Shown here: in pieces, positions 9,763-19,375 of the stretch
Layout of the letters: each line of letters opens with the position of its first letter
How positions within the stretch are numbered: the stretch's first letter is position 1
NCBI GenBank assembly: GCA_021817845.1
Contig: JAKAFW010000003.1
Span: forward strand, 54,586-118,585
DNA from: Bacteroidota bacterium
GTDB taxonomy: Bacteria; Bacteroidota; Ignavibacteria; Ignavibacteriales; Ignavibacteriaceae
Length of the DNA: 64,000 nt
Direction of reading: 5' to 3'
Translations under genes and position numbers: made by a program
Notes under the pieces: generated by a model
Told to the model about the DNA's origin: nothing
Databases searched by the model: none
Seen by the model: the letters and a program-made list of their open reading frames with translations, nothing else

Positions 9763-10866
9763 TTATTCCCCAAATGAAATTCCCACTGCCTTTGCTGCAA
9801 ATACTGCTTGGGTGTCCGGCTGCACTAACTTTTGATGCGAAATTGCTTCTTCAATTCTGACATTTTTTACATCGCTGCCTTTTAGAGCAACCATTCTTCC
9901 GAATTTTTTGTTTGCCGCAAGTTGTATCGCAAATGCTCCGAATTTTGTCGAAAGTATCCTGTCAAATGGAGTCGGACTGCCACCGCGCTGCAAATGCCCA
10001 AGTACTGTAACTCTCGTCTCTCTGTTTGTATTTTCTTCAATCCTCTTTGCGACTAATTCGCCTATACCGCCAAGCTGTACCGGGTCATGACGTTTGATGT
10101 CCTGCCCTTTAATAACCATCTCTCCATCCATAGGTTTGGCTCCTTCCGAAACACAAACTAAACTGAATTTTTTCCCCATTAATTCTCTTTTCAATATTTT
10201 GTCGTAAACTCGATCCCATGAAAAAGGAATTTCCGGAATTAATATAATGTCTGCTCCTCCTGCTAAACCGCCGTTTAGTGCAATCCATCCAGCATATCTT
10301 CCCATTACTTCAACAACAATAACACGGTGATGCGAAGAGGCTGTTGTATGAAGTCTGTCAAGCGCTTCAGCAACTACATAAACTGCAGAATCGTGACCGA
10401 ATGTAAGATCGGTAGCTTCAAGATCATTATCTATCGTCTTCGGTACACCAATCATATTCATTCCCATTTCACCAAGCTTTTTGCAAATATGCATTGTCCC
10501 ATCTCCGCCTATTGCAATCAACGCATCCAAATTCCATGCTTGATAGTTTCTTAATGCTGCTTCCGATTTATTTGCTATCTCAATCGCGCCGTCTTTTTGA
10601 ACTGGCCAATGAAATGGGTCGCCTTTGTTCGATGACCCTAAAATTGTGCCGCCTCTCGCTAATATTCCGGAAACATCGTCGTTCTTTAATTCTTTTGCTC
10701 TTCCTTCTACTAATCCTTCAAAACCATCTATAATCCCTAGCACAGACATTCCATAGTCCTGTGCCGGTTTTGTTACTCCCCTTATTACTGCATTTAACCC
10801 GGGGCAGTCTCCACCACCGGTTAATATCCCTATTCTTTTTACTTTTGAACTTGTTGCCATTATCAA
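9763..10866 (-). CDS. pfkA: 6-phosphofructokinase
   Basis: GILTGGGDCPGLNAVIRG, IGGDGT, PKTIDNDL and MGRYAGWIAL motifs. 367 aa. Confidence 0.9.
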   Translation of the reverse strand: MIMATSSKVKRIGILTGGGDCPGLNAVIRGVTKPAQDYGMSVLGIIDGFEGLVEGRAKELKNDDVSGILARGGTILGSSNKGDPFHWPVQKDGAIEIANKSEAALRNYQAWNLDALIAIGGDGTMHICKKLGEMGMNMIGVPKTIDNDLEATDLTFGHDSAVYVVAEALDRLHTTASSHHRVIVVEVMGRYAGWIALNGGLAGGADIILIPEIPFSWDRVYDKILKRELMGKKFSLVCVSEGAKPMDGEMVIKGQDIKRHDPVQLGGIGELVAKRIEENTNRETRVTVLGHLQRGGSPTPFDRILSTKFGAFAIQLAANKKFGRMVALKGSDVKNVRIEEAISHQKLVQPDTQAVFAAKAVGISFGE

Positions 10867-10909
10867 TCCTTATATTTTCTATAATTACCATGCCATCCGT
10901 TTGGCAAAT

Positions 10910-11818
10910 TTACATTAATTTTGCGGTGGTCTTAAAATGTAGCTTAGCTAACTCTCCAAGCTTTGACATGCCGTAAATTTGAATTATCTGTTTGGCTGCT
11001 TCATTGACCGCGTTTGAAGCACCTTTCGGCAATTCTATCTTTAACATCCTATTATGAATATCGAACCATTCCACCATTTTCTCCCTTGCCAATATTGAAG
11101 CCGCAGCTACTGCCGTATATTTTTCGGCTTTAGTAAATTGGTGAAGTACAATACTTCTCCCTTTTTCCTGCAATGAGTTTCTTATTAGGCTTTCATCACC
11201 GAACTTATCACTTATTGCTTCTTGTGCTTCACTGCGAAGTAGTAAATTTTCTAAAACTTTAGCATGACCCCATCCTAAAATTCTATTTACATTTTTTACC
11301 TTACTGTGAAATTCATTATACTTTTTGGGTGTTATTAGTATAATCTCAAAATTATCTTGAACGATCTTTTTTATCTCTTCTGCGATAAGTTTGATTGACT
11401 TATCGGATAATTCCTTACTGTCTTTTACTCCCTTTGCTTTAAGAAGTTTTATATTCTTTTCATCTGCAAATACTCCGGCTATAACAAGCGGACCAAAATA
11501 ATCTCCCTTGCCCGATTCATCCGTGCCTATATAACTCTTAGGTTCTGTAAATTCTTCTCTAAATTCAAAAAGCTTTTCACCGAATAGAAAATCATTTATT
11601 TCCCTGTAAAGTACGGTTTCTTTATTCCCTTGTAACACCGTTTTTACTCCGCTTTTACCGAAGTAAACTAGCAATATTAGCTTTTCTTTCCCTTTGTAGA
11701 TGTTAACTTCATAGTTATATTTCTTTTTTTCTAATTCCGACACATTTACAGATTTTTCAATTAATCTTTTCTTGTATTCTTCAATTAGTTTTAAGGCGGC
11801 GTTTTCTATCGAATTCAC
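10910..11818 (-). CDS. rnhC: Ribonuclease HIII
   Basis: 302 aa. ~85-aa N-terminal extra domain followed by the RNase HII/HIII core (GTDESGKGDYFGPLVIAGV). Confidence 0.8.
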   Translation of the reverse strand: MNSIENAALKLIEEYKKRLIEKSVNVSELEKKKYNYEVNIYKGKEKLILLVYFGKSGVKTVLQGNKETVLYREINDFLFGEKLFEFREEFTEPKSYIGTDESGKGDYFGPLVIAGVFADEKNIKLLKAKGVKDSKELSDKSIKLIAEEIKKIVQDNFEIILITPKKYNEFHSKVKNVNRILGWGHAKVLENLLLRSEAQEAISDKFGDESLIRNSLQEKGRSIVLHQFTKAEKYTAVAAASILAREKMVEWFDIHNRMLKIELPKGASNAVNEAAKQIIQIYGMSKLGELAKLHFKTTAKLM

Positions 11819-12035
11819 ATTAATTATTTATTTTATATTTACAAAAATACTTAATTATTAAGTAATTCTAAAATATAAGTATTATTTTTTTGTTAGATCT
11901 AAAATAACTATACTCTTTGCCAATAATGAGTTAATAAAATAATATCGCTAAATTTATCCCTTTAATAAATAGCATAACCTCAATTTTAAGTATATTTAAA
12001 AAACAAAATATCATCATTTAGGAATAATTTATATT

Positions 12036-12983
12036 ATGGATTTCAATTCAATAGAAACCACCGGCTTGACGAAGGTTTACTCCTCTTCATTTGGCAAAAG
12101 AAAAGTCGCAGCGCTCACCGGCTTAGATCTAACTGTTTCAGCAGGTACCATATTTGGCTTTCTGGGACCAAACGGCGCTGGCAAAACTACTCTTATTAAA
12201 TTGCTTTTAGGAATAACCTTTCCTACCTCCGGAAGCGCTAGAATTTTAGGAGAAGATATTTCAGGTTATAAAATAAAGTCCAGGATTGGATATTTGCCTG
12301 AAAATCATAAATATCCTCCTTACCTAACAGGCGGAGAAGTGCTTGACTTTTTCGGTAAGCTTTCCGGAATGGAAGGGGATTTATTAAAGAAAAAAATAGA
12401 TGAGCTTTTGGAGCTGGTTAATCTTTCTCAGTGGAAGAAAACGAAAGTGAAAAATTATTCCAAAGGAATGATGCAAAGATTAGGGCTTGCTCAGGCTTTG
12501 CTTAACGATCCGGAATTAATTTTCCTTGATGAACCTACCGATGGTGTTGATCCAATCGGACGAAAAGATATTCGCGATATTCTGACTGAATTAAAATCAC
12601 GCTCTAAAACTATTTTCCTTAATAGCCACCTTTTGTCTGAAGTCGAATTAATTACTGACCGCGTAGGAATTCTAAATAGAGGAAAGTTAATCCGTGAAGG
12701 CACTGTAAAGGAATTAACTCAAAAAAATGAAGAGTATAAATTAAACCTGGAAGGAAGCAATGTTGATAGTTTTATCAAACAATACCAGGGTATTTTTCAA
12801 ATATCAAAATTAAATGACGGTTATTGTAATCTGAAGGTATCGGATGCTAATGAGCTGAATAATATTTTGGATAAGCTCCGCGGTGACGGTATAATGGTAA
12901 AGGAAATTGTTCAACAAAAAAACTCTCTCGAAGAAATATTTATATCACTTATTAGCGAATCTGAAAAAGGCGGTCTTAAATGA
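12036..12983 (+). CDS. ABC transporter ATP-binding protein
   Basis: Walker A GPNGAGKTT, signature YSKGMMQRL, Walker B LIFLDEPT. Confidence 0.9.
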   Translation: MDFNSIETTGLTKVYSSSFGKRKVAALTGLDLTVSAGTIFGFLGPNGAGKTTLIKLLLGITFPTSGSARILGEDISGYKIKSRIGYLPENHKYPPYLTGGEVLDFFGKLSGMEGDLLKKKIDELLELVNLSQWKKTKVKNYSKGMMQRLGLAQALLNDPELIFLDEPTDGVDPIGRKDIRDILTELKSRSKTIFLNSHLLSEVELITDRVGILNRGKLIREGTVKELTQKNEEYKLNLEGSNVDSFIKQYQGIFQISKLNDGYCNLKVSDANELNNILDKLRGDGIMVKEIVQQKNSLEEIFISLISESEKGGLK

Positions 12984-13789
12984 AAAATATTATAACGGTA
13001 ACTTGGTACTCCCTTCGCGAAGCCTTAGCAAGAAAAGTTTTTATTTTCTTTTTTGTAATTTCAATACTGACTATAATATTTGTTGGTCTGATTCTATATC
13101 TAACCGGAATTGAAAAGATGTTTGCCCCGGGAATGCAGCCGGATGTATTTACTGCGGTAAATTCACTTGAAATGATGTTCGTTTCACCCATTACTCTGAT
13201 TTGTCTGTTACTCTCAATATTTTCAAGCGCAAGTTTTATCCCTATTATGCTCGAAAAAGGAAATATCGATTTGCTCTTATCAAAACCCATTTCCCGGGAA
13301 CAACTGCTTCTTGGAAAATTCTTCGGCGGAATTCTTGTTGTGTTTCTAAATATCGCCTTCTTAATTCTTGGCGTGTGGCTGATCTTTTCCCTTAAATTTT
13401 CAATTTGGAACTTTGAATTTCTTTTAACCATTTTTACAATTACTTTTATATTTTCAATTCTTTACTCAATAATTGTATTATTCGGTATCATCACCAAAAG
13501 TTCTACCCTTGGCATGATGATTGCGTACCTATTATTCTTGATTGTTAGCCCGGCATTGTACACGGCAAAATATACGCTAAGCGTTTTGATTCAGAGTAGT
13601 TTTATAAAAGGTTTGATTGACTTCGCTTATTATATCTTACCAAAAACTTCCGAGTTAATGGGAAAAATAAATTATGATCTGGCTTCCGGACATGGTATTA
13701 CTAATTACCAACCGATATTAACTTCGTTGTTATTCTTAGTTTTAACTTTGGGAATTACGGTTGCTATATTTAGGAAAAAAGATTTCTAA
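12980..13789 (+). CDS. ABC-2 type transporter permease
   Basis: 269 aa, ~6 TM helices, 4-nt overlap with the upstream ATPase gene. Confidence 0.7.
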   Translation: MKNIITVTWYSLREALARKVFIFFFVISILTIIFVGLILYLTGIEKMFAPGMQPDVFTAVNSLEMMFVSPITLICLLLSIFSSASFIPIMLEKGNIDLLLSKPISREQLLLGKFFGGILVVFLNIAFLILGVWLIFSLKFSIWNFEFLLTIFTITFIFSILYSIIVLFGIITKSSTLGMMIAYLLFLIVSPALYTAKYTLSVLIQSSFIKGLIDFAYYILPKTSELMGKINYDLASGHGITNYQPILTSLLFLVLTLGITVAIFRKKDF

Positions 13790-13837
13790 ATTATAAAGTT
13801 ATTTAATTCAAAGTGGAATTATTGAGGGTTAATTTTA

Positions 13838-14791
13838 ATGCAAAATGAAAATATTAGATTAGAGGATCTTTTAAGTAAAACCAAATCGGTTCAATCTGAT
13901 TTTGGTAACATCAATAGTGTTGCAATTATCGGCGCAGGAGTCATGGGGCAGGGAATTGCTCATACTATCGCTGCTGCTGGGATGGATGTCCTGATTATTG
14001 AAAAGGATGCGGAGCATTTGCAAAAGTCTAAGGAAGACCTAGCCGAATCAATCGACAGGGAAATAAAACGATGGGCTATAACTAAGTCAGAAAAAAAATC
14101 AATCCTTGGGCGTATTAAATGGGAGCTATCATTAAATTCAGTTAATGAATATGACTTGATTATTGAAGCAGTTGACGAAGACTTTAATCTGAAACAATTA
14201 ATTTTTATGGAACTTGATTCTATTGCGAAAAAAGATACTATTTTTGTTTCAAATACGTCTACTTTAAGTCTTACAAAGCTAGCTGAAACTACAAGCCGAC
14301 CTGAAAAAATAATCGGTATGCACTTTCTTCATCCTGTTCCCAAAATACCTATGGTCGAATTGGTTAAATGCTTGCATACTTCTAATAGAACTGTTGAATT
14401 AGTAAAAGCTTTCGCCGCAAAAATAGGGAAGACCCCTGTCGAAGTTTATGAATATCCCGGATTTGTTACTACTCGTGCTATTGTCCCCCTGCTTAATGAA
14501 GCAATGTATATTTTACTTGAAGGCGTTGCTACTGCTCCTGATATTGATACTGCAATGAGGCTTGGATATAATTTCCAATATGGACCTCTTGAAATGGCTG
14601 ATATGATGGGTCTAGATGAAGTCCTTGCGTGGATGGAAACTCTTTGGAAAACTCTCGGCGAACCCCGTTACCGTGCTTGCCCTATTCTTAGAAAATTAGT
14701 TAGAGAAAGAAAGCTTGGTAAAAAAACCGGTGAAGGTTTCTATAAGTACGATGAAAATGGAAAGATTATTCCGGAAATAATTGTAGCATAA
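13838..14791 (+). CDS. 3-hydroxyacyl/3-hydroxybutyryl-CoA dehydrogenase
   Basis: NAD-binding IIGAGVMGQGIA, conserved SNTS and HF(L)HP segments, 317 aa. Confidence 0.85.
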   Translation: MQNENIRLEDLLSKTKSVQSDFGNINSVAIIGAGVMGQGIAHTIAAAGMDVLIIEKDAEHLQKSKEDLAESIDREIKRWAITKSEKKSILGRIKWELSLNSVNEYDLIIEAVDEDFNLKQLIFMELDSIAKKDTIFVSNTSTLSLTKLAETTSRPEKIIGMHFLHPVPKIPMVELVKCLHTSNRTVELVKAFAAKIGKTPVEVYEYPGFVTTRAIVPLLNEAMYILLEGVATAPDIDTAMRLGYNFQYGPLEMADMMGLDEVLAWMETLWKTLGEPRYRACPILRKLVRERKLGKKTGEGFYKYDENGKIIPEIIVA

Positions 14792-14824
14792 AGTAATCAA
14801 CTAAAAATTTGTAAAGAAAATAAC

Positions 14825-16030
14825 ATGAAAATTCTTGTCCTAAACTGCGGCAGTTCATCTATTAAATATCAATTTATTGACACAAAAGAGAAAATTGCTC
14901 TTGCAAAAGGCGTTGTAGAAAGAATCGGAATGAGCAGCGCAGTGCTCTCACATTCTCGCTATGACGGAGATGGAATAAAAATAGTCGGAGAAATATTAGA
15001 TCATACTATTGCTATTGAATATGTGCTGGGAGTAATCCTTAGTAAAAATCATGGCGTTATTGATTCCAAGGATGATATTGAAGCAGTTGGTCACAGAGTT
15101 GTTCATGGCGGTGAAACTTTTTCAGATTCTGTTTTGATTAATGATGAAGTTATGCAAGTACTGCAGGATAATATTGAACTAGCACCATTACATAACCCAC
15201 CTAACATTAAGGGTATTCAAGCTGTAAAAAGAATTTTACCTAACGTTCCTCAATGTGCTGTATTTGATACAGCATTTCATACCAAAATGCCGCCTAAATC
15301 TTTTTTGTATGGAATTCCATACGAACTGTACAAGAAGCATAAAATTAGGAAATATGGTTTCCACGGGACATCTCACTCTTATGTTGCTCATAAAGCCGCA
15401 GAGCTTTTGGGAAAGAATATAAATGATCTCAAAATTGTTACCGCTCATCTTGGAAACGGTTGCAGTATGTCGGCTGTTCAAAACGGAATATCGGTCGATA
15501 CGTCTATGGGCTTTACACCACTTGAGGGGTTGATTATGGGAACCAGAAGTGGTGACGCAGACCCATCACTGATTCTTTATATAATGGGGAAGGAAGGTCT
15601 TTCTTTAAGCGAAGCCGGCACTCTCCTTAATAAACATAGCGGTTTGATTGGAATTAGCGGCGTTAGCAGCGATATGCGGGAATTAATTGCCGCCGTAAAA
15701 GAAGGAAATAAGCGAGCTAAATATGCTTTTGATATTTTCTGTTATAAAATCAAAAAATATCTTGGCTCCTATGCTGCGGCAATGGGCGGATTGGATGCTT
15801 TTGTATTTACCGGCGGTATAGGTGAAAATTCTTCCGAAGTAAGAGCAGAAGTGTGCAGCAATTTGGAATTCCTTGGAATTGAACTTGATGAAGAAAGAAA
15901 TAATTCAAACAACGAAATTATTTCTAAGTCCTCTTCCAAAGTTCCGGTATTACGAATCCCTACAAATGAAGAGCTTGTCATTGCATTAGATACCGGTAGA
16001 ATAGTTGGAGCTATGAAATCCGTCAATTAA
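14825..16030 (+). CDS. ackA: Acetate kinase
   Basis: MKILVLNCGSSSIKYQ N-terminus, HRVVHGG, FDTAFH. 401 aa. Confidence 0.95.
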   Translation: MKILVLNCGSSSIKYQFIDTKEKIALAKGVVERIGMSSAVLSHSRYDGDGIKIVGEILDHTIAIEYVLGVILSKNHGVIDSKDDIEAVGHRVVHGGETFSDSVLINDEVMQVLQDNIELAPLHNPPNIKGIQAVKRILPNVPQCAVFDTAFHTKMPPKSFLYGIPYELYKKHKIRKYGFHGTSHSYVAHKAAELLGKNINDLKIVTAHLGNGCSMSAVQNGISVDTSMGFTPLEGLIMGTRSGDADPSLILYIMGKEGLSLSEAGTLLNKHSGLIGISGVSSDMRELIAAVKEGNKRAKYAFDIFCYKIKKYLGSYAAAMGGLDAFVFTGGIGENSSEVRAEVCSNLEFLGIELDEERNNSNNEIISKSSSKVPVLRIPTNEELVIALDTGRIVGAMKSVN

Positions 16031-16093
16031 TTAGCTAAAAAAATGTATTATATTTCTTAAAACATTTTTGAATTCTATTTTAAACGGATATTT

Positions 16094-16684
16094 ATGAACC
16101 TTCAGGTCTTTCTTCTTTCTTTTATCCCATTATTTGTGGCAATTGATATAATCGGTACTGTCCCTATTTTCCTTGGCTACACACATGGTATTGAAGGAAA
16201 AAAAATAAGGAAATTGGTTCTTGAAGCCCTTATAACTGCATTTATAGTTGCAAATCTTTTCCTAATTAGCGGAAATTTAATACTCACCTTTTTAGGTATT
16301 ACTATTGATGATTTTAGAATTGCGGGTGGAATTATTTTGCTTATTCTTTCTATTACAGATATCCTTTCCTCTGCAGAAAGCAGAAGAAACCCTAATACCG
16401 ACATAGGAATAGTTCCTTTAGGAGTTCCTCTAATTATGGGTCCCGCCGCTTTAACAACGATAATAATTTTGGTTAATAATTATGGGTACTTTGCCACTAT
16501 TATATCAATGGCTTTGAACCTTTTTATTGTAGGCGTCATTTTATTCAATGCACGATGGCTGATTAAACTAATTGGAGATGGTGGCGCCAAAGCCTACGCC
16601 AAATTGTCATCTCTGTTTCTCGCTGCTATTGCTGTTATGATGATCCGTGTTGGAGTTGTTCACATAATCAGTCTTATGAAATAG
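16094..16684 (+). CDS. MarC family (UPF0056) integral membrane protein
   Basis: 196 aa, 6 TM helices, N-terminal FIPLFVAIDIIGTVPIFL pattern. Confidence 0.75.
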   Translation: MNLQVFLLSFIPLFVAIDIIGTVPIFLGYTHGIEGKKIRKLVLEALITAFIVANLFLISGNLILTFLGITIDDFRIAGGIILLILSITDILSSAESRRNPNTDIGIVPLGVPLIMGPAALTTIIILVNNYGYFATIISMALNLFIVGVILFNARWLIKLIGDGGAKAYAKLSSLFLAAIAVMMIRVGVVHIISLMK

Positions 16685-16863
16685 TCTCATTGGCAAGCGC
16701 ATATTTTATTGATTGAAATATTTTTATACTTTGCATGCCTGCAAGGCATGAATATTTCGATACTCCTGGCTTCTGACCGCTGGCTTCTTTCCTCCTTTCC
16801 TTTTCTAAAGATTTTTAGATATTTAATTTTTATCTTTCAAGTAATAATATTCTGAGGAATGAA

Positions 16864-17652
16864 ATGGACTTAGGTATCAAAGGAAAAGTTGCTTTAGTAA
16901 CGGCTTCAAGCAAGGGAATAGGCAAAGCTGTAGCAGAAGATTTGGCAAGCGAAGGATGTATTGTCGCTATTTGTTCGCGGAATAAGGAAGATTTAATTAA
17001 CGCTGCATCGGATATAAAAAGAAAATTCAATGTTGAACCATTTTGGGCGGTATGCGATCTTAACAAACAAAAAGATATTGAAAATACTGTTGATTCAGTT
17101 ACGAGACAGTTTGGAAAGATAGATATCTTAGTAAATAACTGCGGCGGCCCGGAAGCGGGAAACTTTCGTGATCTTAACGATGTTAACTGGCAATCAGCAT
17201 TTGAGCAAGTTCTTTTAAGCGCAATTAGATTCTGTAATCTTATTGTTCCCGAAATGATTCTTCGTGAATGGGGAAGGGTTATAAATATTACTTCCCTGAC
17301 GGTATTGCAGCCGGCTGATAATTTGATGCTTTCTAATTCATTGCGTAACGGCTTAATTGGCTTTGCTAAATCACTAAGCAACGAAGTTGCAAAATTTAAT
17401 ATTACCGTCAATAACATTGCGCCGGGCTATACTTTGACGAACCGTCTTTATGATCTGGCTGTACATAATGGAAAGAAGAGCGGCAAATCCCATGAAGAAA
17501 TCCTTGCTGAAATGGCTAAGGAAATTCCGATGAACAGACTAGCTAGTCCTGATGAAATCGCTTCGAGCGTTCTGTTTCTTGCTTCAAAACAAGCAAGTTA
17601 TATAACCGGTAACACAATTCATGTTGACGGTGGTTTGATTAAAGGAATATGA
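16864..17652 (+). CDS. SDR family oxidoreductase
   Basis: Rossmann motif VTASSKGIGKA, NNCGG, 262 aa. Confidence 0.85.
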   Translation: MDLGIKGKVALVTASSKGIGKAVAEDLASEGCIVAICSRNKEDLINAASDIKRKFNVEPFWAVCDLNKQKDIENTVDSVTRQFGKIDILVNNCGGPEAGNFRDLNDVNWQSAFEQVLLSAIRFCNLIVPEMILREWGRVINITSLTVLQPADNLMLSNSLRNGLIGFAKSLSNEVAKFNITVNNIAPGYTLTNRLYDLAVHNGKKSGKSHEEILAEMAKEIPMNRLASPDEIASSVLFLASKQASYITGNTIHVDGGLIKGI

Positions 17653-17706
17653 AATAACATCATCAATTGAATTATAATTAAAAACCTCCACATAAAAGAA
17701 AACTAA

Positions 17707-19260
17707 ATGATAGTCAGGCGCGATTTATCTATACCTCCCGAATTTATAAATGATAAGGAATTTCTTTATAAAGCTGCTGCCGAAAAGATTGGTTTAGCAG
17801 TCGAAGAAATATCGGCAGTAATAATTTTGCGCCGTTCTATAGATGCACGTAAACGGGGACCGACGTTTTTTATCCAGGCTGATATTTTCATAAATGAATT
17901 CCCATCGGAAGTAAAAGAAGAAATTTCTTATTCTTCATTAAAGAGTGATAAAGAGGCAATAATTATAGGCTCGGGACCTGCCGGAATGTTTGCCGCCCTA
18001 AGATTAATTGAATTAGGAATTAAACCTGTTATCTTTGAACGCGGTAAAGATGTTCAAGAAAGACGCAGAGACCTTCGAGCTATTCAGCAAAACCACACTG
18101 TTGATCCTGATTCAAATTATTGCTTCGGTGAAGGTGGGGCAGGTACTTATAGCGATGGAAAACTTTACACAAGAGCAACCAAAAGAGGCAATGTTAAAAA
18201 AATATTAAACGTATTTGTTTATCACGGAGCGGATGCCGATATCCTTATCGACGCTCATCCTCATATTGGCTCTAATAAGCTTCCTGATATTGTTAAAGCT
18301 ATGCGTGAAACAATTATAAAATGTGGGGGTATAATATATTTCAATTCTCGTGTTACTGATTTGATTGTTAAAGATTCCGAAATACAAGGTGTCCGGGTTA
18401 ATGATCTAAATGAATTTTATGCTAAGGCAGTTATTCTTGCTACCGGGCACTCCGCGCGCGATATTTATTCCCTGCTTCATAAAAAAAATATATTAATTGA
18501 ACCTAAGTCTTTTGCTATGGGCGTTCGGATCGAACATCCTCAATCTTTGATTAACGAGATTCAATATCATTCGAAGAATAAGAATGAAAATTTACCTCCG
18601 GCATCCTATAATGCTGCTTGTAACATTGGGGAAAGGGGAGTGTACTCTTTCTGCATGTGTCCCGGTGGAATAATTGTACCTGCTGCAACTGCTCCCGGGG
18701 AAATTGTTTTAAATGGAATGTCGCTTTCAAGAAGAGATTCTCCTTTTGCCAATTCAGGATTCGTTGTTACTGTCGGTCCAAATGATTGGAAAAATTATGA
18801 AAAATATTCCCCGTTATCTGCTTTAATGTTCCAAAAAGAGTTGGAGGTGTTGGCATTCAAATTAGGAAATAGTTCTCAATCAGCACCTGCTCAAAGAGTA
18901 ACCGATTTTGTCAATAAAAAAGCTTCTTCAACTTTACCAAAGACATCTTATATACCAGGGATAATTTCGATTCCGCTTCATGAAGCCCTTCCTGATTTTA
19001 TGACTCATGCTTTACGAAATGGAATTCGTGAGTTTGAAAAGAAAATGAGAGGATACTATTCGGAAGAAGCTGTTATGCTTGCTGTGGAAAGTAGAACAAG
19101 CTCGCCGGTTAAAATTCCCCGTGAAAGTGAAAGCCTAATGCATCTTCAAATTAAAGGCTTATTCCCATCTGGAGAAGGTGCCGGTTATGCAGGCGGAATT
19201 GTTTCAGCCGCACTCGATGGCGAGAATTGTGCAGATGCTGTTGCCAAATATATTTCTTAA
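17707..19260 (+). CDS. FAD-dependent oxidoreductase (COG2509-like)
   Basis: IIIGSGPAGMFAA dinucleotide-binding motif, C-terminal GEGAGYAGGI. 517 aa. Confidence 0.75.
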   Translation: MIVRRDLSIPPEFINDKEFLYKAAAEKIGLAVEEISAVIILRRSIDARKRGPTFFIQADIFINEFPSEVKEEISYSSLKSDKEAIIIGSGPAGMFAALRLIELGIKPVIFERGKDVQERRRDLRAIQQNHTVDPDSNYCFGEGGAGTYSDGKLYTRATKRGNVKKILNVFVYHGADADILIDAHPHIGSNKLPDIVKAMRETIIKCGGIIYFNSRVTDLIVKDSEIQGVRVNDLNEFYAKAVILATGHSARDIYSLLHKKNILIEPKSFAMGVRIEHPQSLINEIQYHSKNKNENLPPASYNAACNIGERGVYSFCMCPGGIIVPAATAPGEIVLNGMSLSRRDSPFANSGFVVTVGPNDWKNYEKYSPLSALMFQKELEVLAFKLGNSSQSAPAQRVTDFVNKKASSTLPKTSYIPGIISIPLHEALPDFMTHALRNGIREFEKKMRGYYSEEAVMLAVESRTSSPVKIPRESESLMHLQIKGLFPSGEGAGYAGGIVSAALDGENCADAVAKYIS

Positions 19261-19290
19261 TTTAGCATCAACCTTCAAAGATATCCAGTC

Positions 19291-19326
19291 AACCTTCGAG
19301 GTTTTCCTGAACCTCGAAGGTTTTGA
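19291..19326. terminator. Bidirectional terminator between convergent genes
   Basis: 13-bp stem AACCTTCGAGGTT / AACCTCGAAGGTT, 6-nt loop, followed by TTTT. Confidence 0.75.
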
Positions 19327-19375
19327 TTTATAGTAATACTTTTATAATGTTAATCTCCTAATCTCCCTATAGTCT

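Noticed and set aside
12976-13431. 151-aa minus-strand ORF
   Set aside because: It is antisense to the ABC-2 permease, which has clear TM architecture and operon coupling. The same reasoning applies to 16830-17417 (antisense to SDR), 43412-43759 (antisense to DUF1684), 44822-45133 (antisense to tyrA) and 30391-30951 (antisense to the FtsX permease).
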